Shown piece by piece: positions 19,053 through 28,598 of a DNA stretch of 64,000 nucleotides. Source of the DNA: Akkermansia muciniphila. GTDB taxonomy: Bacteria; Verrucomicrobiota; Verrucomicrobiia; Limisphaerales; F1-80-MAGS106. Numbering within the stretch: position 1 is the first letter of the stretch; each line of letters begins with the position of its first letter. The notes beneath the pieces are model-generated. The model saw only the letters and a program-made list of their open reading frames with translations. It was not told the origin of the DNA and made no database searches. Location of the stretch: NCBI GenBank assembly GCA_945865375.1, contig CAMBEJ010000001.1:8064-72063 (forward strand), given 5' to 3'. The position numbers and the translations under genes were made by a program.

Positions 19053-19781
19053 CTACGCTTTCGTATCCTGCGTCTCCACCCAGCGCACAGCGTGTCGGAT
19101 GAGGGCGGTCGCGTCTTGCAGAGCCAGTTTCTCTTTGATGTGGCCCCGATGGACATCCACAGTTTTTGGGCTGATGAGAAGCTGCACGGCAATGTCCCGC
19201 GTGCTCCTGCCCTGACCGATGAGCCGAAAGACATCGAACTCCCTGTCGCTGAGTTTCTCGATCGGAGAATTGGACCCACGCGGGCGGCGGCCCGTGAGGG
19301 TGTCGAGCAGTTGAGCCGACAATCGTTCGCTGACCTAAACCTGCCCCATCAACACCTGACGAATAGCCGCGAGCAATTTCTCGGCACCTGCTTCCTTCAT
19401 GACATAGCCGCGGGCACCGGAGGGCAGGACACGTTCGGCATAAACGAGCTCATCGTGCATGGAGACGACGAGAATCGGCAGGTGAGGATGGAGCGCTAGC
19501 ACGTCTTTGATAAACTCGATGCCACTGCGGCCCGGCATGGTGAGGTCCGTCAAAAGCAGGTCTGCGTGGGTCTGCGAGATCGCACTGAGGGCCTCTGAGG
19601 AGTTGCCCGCTTCGCAGCGAGCCTCCAGGTCCGGTTGCTTGTTGATGAGTTGAGCGAGGCCAGCACGCATCATCGGATGGTCATCCACGACAAGGATGCG
19701 CTTGCGAGCGCCCGGAGCTGGGGCAGGTGTTGCTTTTGGGGAAGCCTTTCCGTGTTCGGTAAGCGGCCTTGTCGTGTTCAT
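19053..19781 (-). pseudogene. NarL/FixJ-type response regulator interrupted by an in-frame TAG
   Basis: The receiver (ILVVDDHPMMR...DLLLTDLTMPG...) and the LuxR HTH (LSDREFDVFRLIGQGRSTRDIAVQLLISPKTVDVHR) are in the same frame. They are separated only by TAG at 19335-19337 (LMGQV*VSERLSAQ). The start ATG overlaps the upstream kinase stop (ATGA). Confidence 0.85.
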
Positions 19782-20836
19782 GCGTATTTGCAAGGCACGG
19801 TGCAATTTACGGTCACACCTTTGCCCTGCTTTGACTCAATTACCAACATCCCTCCGGCAATGGCTGCCCGGTGCTTCATCACATCAAGGCCCATGCAGGC
19901 CCCAGCTTTCCTAGACCTGGAGAAGCCTTGGCCATCATCTGAAACCCGCAGCCGCACAGCGTCGTTGTCGCGGCTCAACTCGATGATGATGGCGCTGGGA
20001 TGTCCGTGCTTGAGGGCATTATTGACGGCCTCCTGCGCGATCCTGTAGAGATGGCCCGCCACCATGCTCTCTTCAATCAAAACCGGCGGCAGGCAATGGA
20101 TGCGGCACCTGATTTTGCCCATGGACCTCGTGTTTGTCGCGAGCTCTTCAAGGGCTTCCACGAGGCCTGTTGGCTCCGATCTCACGGGAGACAACCCACG
20201 GGACATTGACCGCGTCTGCGCGATGGTTTCGCGCAGAAACTCTCCCATCTTCGCGGCCTGTTTTTCAAGCGAGGGTAGCGCGGCGAGATCCTCCCGCAGC
20301 GAATGGCACATCAGCTCGATGGCCGTGAGCTGTTGTCCCAAGCCGTCATGAAGGTCATGGCCTATCCGCCGTTGTTCCTTTTCCGCGATTTCCAAGATCT
20401 CCATCTGGAGCTCCCTCGCCCGTTTCTCCCCGGGCGCAAGGCATCTTGTGTTCTCTACCTGCGCGAGCGCCCGCCTGACCACGATCGGAAGAAACTCGAT
20501 AAATTCGATGTCCTTGACGAGATAGTCGAGGGCGCCGCGCCTCATCATCTCGACGGCCACTCGCTCGTCGCCTTGCCCCGTGATGATGATGAATGGAAGC
20601 GAACGGCCGACGGCCAAGAGTTGATTGACCAGCTCTTCGCCTTCGGTGTCTTGCAGTTTGAGGTCCAGGAGCATGAGGTCCGTCGTGTTCTTGGCCAGCC
20701 ACGCCGTCGCGTCCCTGCCTGAAGACAGGATCGTCGCGGCGAAGCCTTCTCTTTTAAGAGCTTTTTCGATCAAGCGCAGCAGTCCCGCATCATCATCGAC
20801 GACGAGAACCCTGTTTGCTGGCGTGGCGTCCGGCAT
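19778..20836 (-). CDS. Hybrid receiver / HisKA_3-type histidine kinase
   Basis: N-terminal REC (VLVVDDDAGLL...LMLLDLKLQD...), H-box RIGHDLHDGLGQQLTAI, and an HATPase region (NNALKHG ... DDGQGF ... GMLVIESKQGKGVTV). Intact. Confidence 0.88.
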   Translation of the reverse strand: MPDATPANRVLVVDDDAGLLRLIEKALKREGFAATILSSGRDATAWLAKNTTDLMLLDLKLQDTEGEELVNQLLAVGRSLPFIIITGQGDERVAVEMMRRGALDYLVKDIEFIEFLPIVVRRALAQVENTRCLAPGEKRARELQMEILEIAEKEQRRIGHDLHDGLGQQLTAIELMCHSLREDLAALPSLEKQAAKMGEFLRETIAQTRSMSRGLSPVRSEPTGLVEALEELATNTRSMGKIRCRIHCLPPVLIEESMVAGHLYRIAQEAVNNALKHGHPSAIIIELSRDNDAVRLRVSDDGQGFSRSRKAGACMGLDVMKHRAAIAGGMLVIESKQGKGVTVNCTVPCKYA

Positions 20837-20843
20837 ATCCCAT

Positions 20844-21295
20844 TCAGCCTGACCTCGGGCAGTGAAGCTCCGGCACCTGCACGAGGCAGATGAAGAGTCC
20901 GAGCTGCGTGATCGTTTCGATAAACTTTTCGTAGTCCACTGGCTTGACGATGTAATTGTTGCAGCCCAGCTCGTGGCACCGTGCTACCTCGCGCGGGTCA
21001 TCGGTGGTGGTCAACATGCTCACGGGCAGTCTGTGCAATTCGGGATCAGCCTTGATCTGGCGGAGCACTTCGACGCCATCCACCTTTGGCATACGGATGT
21101 TGAGCAATAGCAGATAAGAGGTGTCCGAAGTGCGCTTCGGCTCGTCGCCCCGGCGGAACAGGAAGTTGAGCACATCCTGGCCGTCTTCGAAACGCAGCAC
21201 CGGGTTGTGGAGGCCACCACGCCGAAGATTTTCTCGATGAGCCGGGCGTGCCCGTCGTCGTCGTCGGCGATGATGATGACCACTTCATTCGTCAT
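20844..21295 (-). pseudogene. CheY-like single-domain response regulator with a frameshift
   Basis: The N-terminus MTNEVVIIIADDDDGHARLIEK is in one frame. The continuation NLRRGGLHNPVLRFEDGQDVLNFLF...LLLLNIRMPKVDG...NNYIVKPVDYEKF is in the -1 frame. The switch lies at the A4 run (plus-strand TTTT, 21229-21232). Confidence 0.8.
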
Positions 21296-21313
21296 GATTC
21301 CCAACTTGGTGGC

Positions 21314-22492
21314 TCATTCCACCGAAGGGAAGGACACAATAAAGGTCGTAGTGCTGCCTGCCCCAGACTTGAGGCGGATCTGGCCATTCTGGCGTTCGAG
21401 GATCTTTTGCGCGATGGTCAGGCCGAGCCCTTCGCCCGTGCCGACGGAGGGATTGAGCCTGTGGAAAATCTCGAACACCTTGCCCTGATGCTCCAGGGCA
21501 ATGCCGATGCCGTTGTCCTCGACCTCATAGATGGCACTGCCATCCTCCACGCGACCTGTGACCCCAATCCGGCAGGGCCGGTTTGGATCCCGATATTTGA
21601 GGGCATTGTCCAGGAGATTGGAGAAGACCTGGTTGATCTGTGTGGAGTCGCCCAGGCAGCCGGGCAGAGTCCCCACACGGAGGGAGGCGCAGGGCTTGCT
21701 GGACGTTGATCAACGGGTGTTCATCTCGAAGGGCCCGATCCTTAGCGCCGCTCGGCCGAGCCGGGAAAAGCGGAGGAGGCTCGAGATCAACATTTCCATT
21801 TTGACCACGCCGGCATGGATGTAAGACAAGGCCTCGGGCACGTCCTCAGAGAGCAGGGTCAACAGTTCTCCCTTGTCGGCGACCTCTCCGGGCGCTCCAG
21901 ACAGTTTGGCTTTCAATCGTTCACAGGCCAGAGCGAGTTCCTTGCTGAACCCTTGCACGTTTACCAGTGGTGAGCGCAAGTCGTGGGAGGCAACGTACAC
22001 CACGGTTTCAAGGTCCCGGTTTTTCTGGGCTAGTTCCTTCCCCAGTTGGCCTAGCCGTTCCTGGTTTTCTTTGCGGAGGGTGATGTCCGTGCGAATAGAG
22101 AGGTATTGCACCGGTTTCCCAGCGGCGTTCAAGAATGGAAAAATCGTTGTGTCCACCCAGTAGAACGAGCCATCCTCGGCCCGGTTGTTGATCTCACCAT
22201 GCCACGGTTACCCGCTGGCGGTCGTGCGCCACATTTCGATAAACAACTCCTTGGAATGGCGGCCCGAGTTGATGATGCGATGGTTTTGGCCGATGAGCTC
22301 TTCTCGCGAATATTTCGAGATCTCGCAAAACTTATCGTTGACGGTGGTGATAATGCCCGAGGCGTTGGTGGTGGCCACGATGGAATGGGCATCGATGGCA
22401 GCTTTGAGGTTTCGCAGCTCAGATGACCTGGCATCCATGGGGAGCTCTTCCTGCTCCCGCGTGTTTCCAGAGCATGATTCGAGCTCTTTCAT
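21314..22492 (-). pseudogene. PAS-domain sensor histidine kinase broken into three ORFs
   Basis: PAS ([40 protein letters not shown]), an in-frame TAA at 22208-22210 ([24 protein letters not shown]), H-box ASHDLRSPL, then a short out-of-frame stretch at 21679-21717, then HATPase ([27 protein letters not shown]). Confidence 0.85.
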
Positions 22493-23377
22493 TCAAGCCG
22501 CTTTTGGGAGACGATCGCGATAGGTCGTCGGCGCCTCGCCGACGGTTTTCCTGAACACACGGTTGAAGTGGGTGAGTGACTGGAAACCAACTCCGAAGGC
22601 GATTTCGCTGACTCGCAAGTTGGGGTTGAGCAGGAGGTCTTTCGCCTTCTCGATTCGCGTTCTCGAAACGAACTCTGTAAATGTCAAACCCGTGAGTTTT
22701 CGGAAGATCTTGCAAAAGTAAAATCGACTCGTATGAACCGCACCCGCAACCTGGCCCAGCGAGAGTTTCTCTGCGTAATTCTCCAGGATGTACTGCTTCG
22801 CCCTGGTTATCATGAGCGGCTCCGCAGTCGCCGATTGCACGGCAAGCTGGTTGCTCTTCATCGAGATATGATCCGCGAAGATTGTGAGCAAGGCCGATAG
22901 GGAGTCGAGCTTCTTCTGGGACACGACTGGCGTCTGAAAATAGGCTTCTTTGGCCTTTGGAGTGTTGAGGTCCACCCCATGTCTTTTAGCCTGATCGACG
23001 GCTCGTCGGAAAGAGGTGTTGGTCGGTTTCTGGCGCATCACCTGGCCGGTCTGCAGAAAACCGATGGTGTTCGATCCAAGTTTTACCGGCACAGCGGTCT
23101 CGTACAGGCCGTAAGAGCAGATGATCGTGGCGGGCTCACCCATGGCTTCCTTGGCCAATTTCTCTTGCATTTGCAGGCATGCGGCGCAGGCGCTCCTCTG
23201 CTCGGTCATCAGCTCGCAGAAGGGGTTCTCCATGCGTTTGCCGTGGAGGGGGATCTGCCACGTCTGCAGCGGCCGAAACGTCAGCGGTAGCCCAGTCGCC
23301 TCCGTGTAAGCATGCTCGTAAGTTTGATACATCTCGGGTCGAGTCAGCTGTTCAATCAATTGTCCGTTCGCGTTCAT
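22493..23377 (-). CDS. AraC-family transcriptional regulator with PocR-like sensory domain
   Basis: Cys-rich PocR-like region (FCELMTEQRSACAACLQMQEKL...ICSYGLYETAVPV) and a C-terminal AraC HTH (SLGQVAGAVHTSRFYFCKIFRKLTGLTFTEFVSRTRIEKAK...FQSLTHFNRVFRK). Start at MNANGQ. Its stop is directly followed by the kinase ATG (TGAATG). Confidence 0.85.
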   Translation of the reverse strand: MNANGQLIEQLTRPEMYQTYEHAYTEATGLPLTFRPLQTWQIPLHGKRMENPFCELMTEQRSACAACLQMQEKLAKEAMGEPATIICSYGLYETAVPVKLGSNTIGFLQTGQVMRQKPTNTSFRRAVDQAKRHGVDLNTPKAKEAYFQTPVVSQKKLDSLSALLTIFADHISMKSNQLAVQSATAEPLMITRAKQYILENYAEKLSLGQVAGAVHTSRFYFCKIFRKLTGLTFTEFVSRTRIEKAKDLLLNPNLRVSEIAFGVGFQSLTHFNRVFRKTVGEAPTTYRDRLPKAA

Positions 23378-23676
23378 TGCCCGTTCATTCTCGTTTTTTG
23401 CTGACACAGGGTTGTGTTCAACGAAAGCAAAATACGCGCTATGAGCGTTCTTGGATATCGGGAGTGACTCTTCAAACGAGTAAGAAAAATGCAGGAGTGG
23501 ATAGGGAAATCCCTTATTGAGCGGGTATGTGAACCCCATGCCGACGGGCCATTCGAATTCCTTGCGGCCCTGAATCCAAGCGACCACGGCTCGAGCTCTG
23601 AGGCTCGTGCGGAATTCTCAGATCAAGCGCCACCAGAGCGGGTTCATGCCTGCTCGCGATGAGGGAACGTATCCAT

Positions 23677-24186
23677 TTATCCACTCGAGAGCTTGAAGAA
23701 TTTCTTACGAGTGAACTGCAAACGCCGGATGACCACTTGGCTGACCCGGACCATGAGCTCGTAGCCGAACTCGTGATCGCGCGCGGCACAATCACGAATA
23801 CGCTCGCCATCCAATACGATCAGTCGCGCAGGCTCGCTGACCATGGCATTGAAATGCCAGGCAAACGGCGGGAACAACCACGACCATCCAAGCACGTCAC
23901 CCGCTGACAATGTTTGTATGTGGACGTTGCTGCTCAGTCCAGCGTGTGTCAACGAAACAGCACCCCAAACAATGATGTAAAAATGACGGGCTGCATCGCC
24001 TTGCTTGAAGATCAGATCCCCCCGGGTGCGGTCATTCACCGTGGCTCCCTCAGCCAGGGTATCGATATGTTGTGGGGCCAAACCTTGCAGAAAGACATGT
24101 GCCGACAACAGCTTCCTGATATCCTCCGGTTCTGTTGGATGAGGCTGAACCAACTCTGTGCCGAGGGTTTCTTCGGATAGTGACAT
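23677..24186 (-). CDS. Cyclic-nucleotide-binding domain protein
   Basis: FLQGLAPQHIDTLAEGA...GDLIFKQGDAARHFYIIVWGAVSL...LSAGDVLGWSWL is typical of cNMP-binding/Crp-like effector domains, with no HTH. Start set at MSLSEE. Confidence 0.75.
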   Translation of the reverse strand: MSLSEETLGTELVQPHPTEPEDIRKLLSAHVFLQGLAPQHIDTLAEGATVNDRTRGDLIFKQGDAARHFYIIVWGAVSLTHAGLSSNVHIQTLSAGDVLGWSWLFPPFAWHFNAMVSEPARLIVLDGERIRDCAARDHEFGYELMVRVSQVVIRRLQFTRKKFFKLSSG

Positions 24187-24242
24187 CAACGAACTATTCT
24201 TATTATCAGTCGCCCGGTCAAGGGCAACACAGCAGGGCAACA

Positions 24243-24298
24243 CAGCAGTTCTCATTTTGAAAAAAGTGGGGCGAGGACTCCGACCGGCCGGTTCGCGG
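24243..24298. repeat. Partial copy of the GTTCTCATTTT-ended repeat
   Basis: cagcagttctcatttt (24243-24258) is identical to 27572-27587. The next 40 nt are alignable with the reverse complement of the right end of the 27.6-kb copy (...gtgggg...ccggttcgcgg). Confidence 0.65.
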
Positions 24299-24427
24299 TC
24301 AAGTCCGTTCATCCGATTAACTCCAAACAAGAGAACAACCAAAATAACGACCCTCATGAAGCTGACTCTTCGGTGCAGGTGCGGGAACGCTCTGGGGTTG
24401 CAAACCACCGACAACCGCCTTCAACAC

Positions 24428-27400
24428 CTAGACCGACATCGGCTGCGACGGTCCCTCCTTCACAGGCATGAACAGGGTGAAAACGCTGCCCTTGCCTACC
24501 TCCGATTCCACCGACACACCAAACCCCATTTCCTTCGAGAGCTCATAGACCATGGACAAGCCGAGCCCGGTGCCGCGGCGGGTTGAAAAGGATTTTGTGG
24601 TGAAAAATGGTTCGAAAATGCGATTCACAACCTCAGGTTTGATCCCAGAGCCGTGGTCCACGACACGGGTAAAAGCATAATGTTCCGACTCGGCTGGCTC
24701 CAGCGCCAGGGTGAGTGGCAATTGCCACATCAGCCCGGTCTGGATCAACACGTCCCCTTTGCCCACCCTCGCGTCATTCGCGTTGATGATCAGGTTCAGA
24801 AGGATCTGTTTGACCAGGTCCTGGTGCCCCCAGATGCCGGGCAACGGCTCGGCGGGTTCGAAGCGAATGGCCACTTCGCCAAGGACCTGATCGCCCAACA
24901 ATTTCAAAACTTCATTAACGAGGGCGTTGATGTCGCATAAAACCAGAGACTCACCGGTCGTGCGGCTCAGCCCCAGCATGGCTTTCACCAAACCTGCGCC
25001 CTGATCCACCGCCGTTTTGATCCGGTTCACCCGGGTTTGAACCTTGTCGTGCTGTTCGGGATGGATCTCGATAAGCTGCACCGACCCTTTGATGATGGAC
25101 AGGATGCTGTTGAAATCATGGGCGATGCCGGCGGCGAGGGTTCCCAAAGCGCGCATTTTTTGACTGTGCAGCAGCTCGCGGTTGGCCAGTTCCAACTCCG
25201 CCGTCCGGACGGCCACGATGCGCCCCACCTCGGCGTAACTTTTCACAAGCTGCCTATGGCGATTGGCTGCCAGCCCCGCGAAAACCAGCGCGACCCCAGC
25301 TCCTGCCAAGCCAACGGCCAGCACTCGGGGCTCGCGATGCCATGGCACGAACATTGAAAAGGACAGGCTCGCCGGGACTTGTTCCTCGTTCCAGCTTCGA
25401 TCCATGGACCGAACATCCGCCCGGTGCTCGCCGGAGGTCAGCCCCCGGAAGACCAATTCTCTCAAATTGCTGTAGGGGGACCAGGTCCCGCCATCGATTC
25501 GCCAGCTAAACAGGAGCCGCTCCGATTCTGTCACTTTCCACTTATCGCGCCCCGACACGTGGACCACAAAGGACGCGTCGGTGGAAGCTATCTGGGATGC
25601 CTCTTCGGAGATGAGGAACGTCCGCGGAGGTTCGACGTCAGCTTCTGGATGATACCGACAGACACCGGACGGGGTCAAGGCCCAGAAGGTGCCCTTCCGA
25701 TCCTCCCAAATCCGATAGACCACCGAGCTGGGTAACCCTTCAACCGGCCCGTTTGAAACCCATGTGTTTTTGTAAAAGCGCCAAGCCCCGTTGTTCGCGG
25801 CCACCCACACACTGCCGTCGCGGGCGCTCAAAATGCTGTTCACACGATCGAACCCGCTTGCCACAACGGACCACTTTCGGCCGTCGAACCCAAAGATAAG
25901 ATCCCCCGCCCCAAACCAAACCCTTCCATTCCCGACTTCGGCAAAGCAAGACGCACGATCGGAAGGCGAGTCCTCGATTCTTCTCAACGAATCTGGGAGC
26001 CCTGATTCGCAGTTAAAAAGGCCGGTGCTTCCTCCGATCCAAACGACTCCATCCGCACCTTCCTGAACAAATTGCACCTCGCCAACGCCTCCCGTGAGGG
26101 CCTTCTTCTCACAGAACATCACGGGTGCCATCCCGGACCACTTCGCTAAGAAAGTCCAGTCTCGCACCCCGGGTTGCCCAACCAGAACCGCAAGCACGTT
26201 GCCCGCAAACTTCCCAACCACCTTCCGGATGGTCAGGCCACCAAAATCCCCCACGGGTTTGTAGTCTCCAGCCTGCGGATCGAAGGCCACAACGTGGTCT
26301 GGAGCATTCAGCAGCAGACGGCCATCCGTCAGCGAAAACAACGATTCGCCAGGCCGGAAATCGGCCTCGAAATCGGCGGGCCAAAGCGTCTGCCTCCAAC
26401 CGGTTGGACCATAATGCGACATCCCGCCAGAGCCTGCGAACCAAAGATCGCCGTTGGCGTCCTGATGTAACGCATGATAACTCGCTCCCTGCGAAACCAG
26501 TTCGGTCGGTACCTGCCATGGAAGAGGTGTATACCGAGCCACCCCATCGGAAGTCGCCATCCAAAAAGCGCCCGAACTCGCACCCGCAACGTCAAAAAAC
26601 TGACCCGCTTTCAGTTCCTCCCTTGCCTCCGCTGAGTCCCTTCCCTCCCCCTCCCCTAACCGGGCAACCTTGTTGATCGACTGCGCCCACAAAGCGGCGT
26701 CGGAAGTTTGCCAGGCATAACGAACTTTTTCCAAGTTCGGTGCTCGCGCCCGCCAGTCATTCCCATCGAACCGGACCACAACACGAGGCTCCGATGGCGA
26801 CACTTCGCCTATCATGGTCAAACCTCCCGAGGCGTCCTCTATGGGTCGATGCAGATCCCGCAGATTGAACTCGCGTGGGATCAAGAATTCCTGCAGCACA
26901 GATTCAACGGATATCTGCCGCACCGGCCCCCGAATCCGTAAAAGCCCGCGCCTGCCGGTCAACCAAAGACTCCCATCCTGTCGCTCAAGCATGTCTATGA
27001 ACATCTCCAAGCCCGTATCCGCTGCCCTTAGGATTACCGTTTGACGGCCCGTGGAAACGTGGAACTCCATCAACCGGTCAGACACCAAAAAAAAGACATG
27101 ATCCCGCTCTGCGGGAACCAATGGAATCTGCCGCACCTGCCGGATGAGATTCGTTTGCATCTCTCGTGAAATGGCGTCGATGGGATGCATGATCCACTTC
27201 CGATTTCGGAACTCCGCCAAACCGTACTGGTAGATTGTCCAAAGTTGTCCAGACCGGCTTTCATAGACCCTCAGTCCCCCTGTCCCGAGGGAAGGGAACG
27301 TCCTTGCTTCATACCCGTCAAACATCGTCAGCGAGTCGAACTCGCCGTGTTTCACCCAGATGTTGCTGCGTGAACTCCAGGTGATGGAGGTGCTAAAAGA

Positions 27401-27535
27401 ATCGTGCAATCCATCGCGCGAACTAAACAACCTCCAACTGCCCGTGGAGTCGCCGAGCGCTGGAGTCGATAGGAGCCCCAAGAAGAAAAGCCAAAGGCCC
27501 AGCCAGGAGGTGTCAGTGACCTTCAATCGTCGCAC
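24428..27535 (-). CDS. Sensor histidine kinase with N-terminal two-component-regulator propeller and Y_Y_Y domains
   Basis: Signal/TM segment, a long beta-propeller-like repeat region, a Y_Y_Y-like segment (FSWRIDGGTWSPYSN...LTSGEHRADVRSMD), a TM segment, H-box GIAHDFNSIL, and HATPase GTGLGLSMVYE...GKGSVFTLFMP. Confidence 0.88.
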   Translation of the reverse strand: MRRLKVTDTSWLGLWLFFLGLLSTPALGDSTGSWRLFSSRDGLHDSFSTSITWSSRSNIWVKHGEFDSLTMFDGYEARTFPSLGTGGLRVYESRSGQLWTIYQYGLAEFRNRKWIMHPIDAISREMQTNLIRQVRQIPLVPAERDHVFFLVSDRLMEFHVSTGRQTVILRAADTGLEMFIDMLERQDGSLWLTGRRGLLRIRGPVRQISVESVLQEFLIPREFNLRDLHRPIEDASGGLTMIGEVSPSEPRVVVRFDGNDWRARAPNLEKVRYAWQTSDAALWAQSINKVARLGEGEGRDSAEAREELKAGQFFDVAGASSGAFWMATSDGVARYTPLPWQVPTELVSQGASYHALHQDANGDLWFAGSGGMSHYGPTGWRQTLWPADFEADFRPGESLFSLTDGRLLLNAPDHVVAFDPQAGDYKPVGDFGGLTIRKVVGKFAGNVLAVLVGQPGVRDWTFLAKWSGMAPVMFCEKKALTGGVGEVQFVQEGADGVVWIGGSTGLFNCESGLPDSLRRIEDSPSDRASCFAEVGNGRVWFGAGDLIFGFDGRKWSVVASGFDRVNSILSARDGSVWVAANNGAWRFYKNTWVSNGPVEGLPSSVVYRIWEDRKGTFWALTPSGVCRYHPEADVEPPRTFLISEEASQIASTDASFVVHVSGRDKWKVTESERLLFSWRIDGGTWSPYSNLRELVFRGLTSGEHRADVRSMDRSWNEEQVPASLSFSMFVPWHREPRVLAVGLAGAGVALVFAGLAANRHRQLVKSYAEVGRIVAVRTAELELANRELLHSQKMRALGTLAAGIAHDFNSILSIIKGSVQLIEIHPEQHDKVQTRVNRIKTAVDQGAGLVKAMLGLSRTTGESLVLCDINALVNEVLKLLGDQVLGEVAIRFEPAEPLPGIWGHQDLVKQILLNLIINANDARVGKGDVLIQTGLMWQLPLTLALEPAESEHYAFTRVVDHGSGIKPEVVNRIFEPFFTTKSFSTRRGTGLGLSMVYELSKEMGFGVSVESEVGKGSVFTLFMPVKEGPSQPMSV

Positions 27536-27571
27536 GTGTTCACTCTACCGCCTGCGCGATCCCTTGCCAAC

Positions 27572-27703
27572 CAGCAGTTCTCATTTTGGCAGGCACTGGG
27601 GCGGACCTCCAGGTCTGCCAGTCGCGGAGGCCTCTGGCCCCGCACGAAGTGGAACACTCCGCGAACCGGCGGTCAGAGCCCCCACATTTTTAAAAATGAG
27701 AAC
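27572..27703. repeat. Short element with 11-nt terminal inverted repeats (GTTCTCATTTT / AAAATGAGAAC)
   Basis: Inverted ends at 27577-27587 and 27693-27703. The GC-rich core ctccaggtctgccagtcgcggaggcctctggccccgcac (27607-27645) recurs at 33147-33187. Sits in the divergent intergenic region. Confidence 0.7.
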
Positions 27704-27794
27704 CTCCGCCGGAACTCCTTCGTAGCTTGACACCGCAGCCAGTTCCCGGCACACAGTAAAAAGATCACAAGACCCCGCCTTTGAACCCTGGTGC

Positions 27795-28538
27795 ATGGCT
27801 CGATCTATGAAACTCCAAACCCGACGTGCGTTTACTCTGATCGAACTCCTCGTCGTCATCGCCATCATCGCGATCCTGGCTGCGATGCTTCTTCCTGCCC
27901 TGTCCCAGGCCAAGGAAAAGGCCAGCCGGACTTTCTGCGTGAACAACAACAAACAACTCGGCCTGGCGATGCACATGTATGCCGACGACAATCTGGATTG
28001 GATGGCCTGGCCAAACTGGGCGAACGACTACGGACCCGGGTGGCTCTACCTCCCTTTTAGCGGGCGCGCTCCCGATCCGCTCAAAACCAACGAGTTCAAA
28101 AATATTGAGGCAGGCGTTTTTTATGGGTATAACCGGGAGCGGAAGATCTACAACTGCCCGCTGGACAAAACGAACCATGTCTCTTGGCAGAAGCGGTCGC
28201 AGCGCGTCTCAAGCTACATCATGAACGGTGCCGTGAACGGCTACGGGCGCATGACAAAAACCACGTTCAAGCTCTCCGCCTTCAACCCGTCCGCCTACGC
28301 CATGTGGGAGCCCGAGATCCGGAATTTCGGCGGGGTCTGGGGCCCCAACCAGGGGCATGATGCCAGCCAATATCCGAACGAAGAGGAGGGAATCGGGCGT
28401 CGACACAAAAAAGGAGCCGTGATCACAGGGTTCAGCGGGCATGTGCATTTCATCAAATACGAAGATTTTCAACGCGAGCAAAAAATCGGCAAACCAGGGT
28501 TGCTCTGGTGCGTTCCGGATACCCAAACAGGCCAATAA
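27795..28538 (+). CDS. Prepilin-type N-terminal cleavage/methylation domain protein (DUF1559-like)
   Basis: [34 protein letters not shown], plus a C-terminal H-x9-(S/D)G-H-like motif ([17 protein letters not shown]). Confidence 0.88.
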   Translation: MARSMKLQTRRAFTLIELLVVIAIIAILAAMLLPALSQAKEKASRTFCVNNNKQLGLAMHMYADDNLDWMAWPNWANDYGPGWLYLPFSGRAPDPLKTNEFKNIEAGVFYGYNRERKIYNCPLDKTNHVSWQKRSQRVSSYIMNGAVNGYGRMTKTTFKLSAFNPSAYAMWEPEIRNFGGVWGPNQGHDASQYPNEEEGIGRRHKKGAVITGFSGHVHFIKYEDFQREQKIGKPGLLWCVPDTQTGQ

Positions 28539-28542
28539 CCAG

Positions 28543-28598
28543 CTCACTGATCACTGCTCACTGATCACCGCTCACTCCCCCTCGGTCACTGACTTCAC
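28543..28598. repeat. Four degenerate tandem copies of a 14-bp unit
   Basis: The four units are ctcactgatcactg, ctcactgatcaccg, ctcactccccctcg and gtcactgacttcac. They sit between convergent genes and run into the ctp stop codon. Confidence 0.6.
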
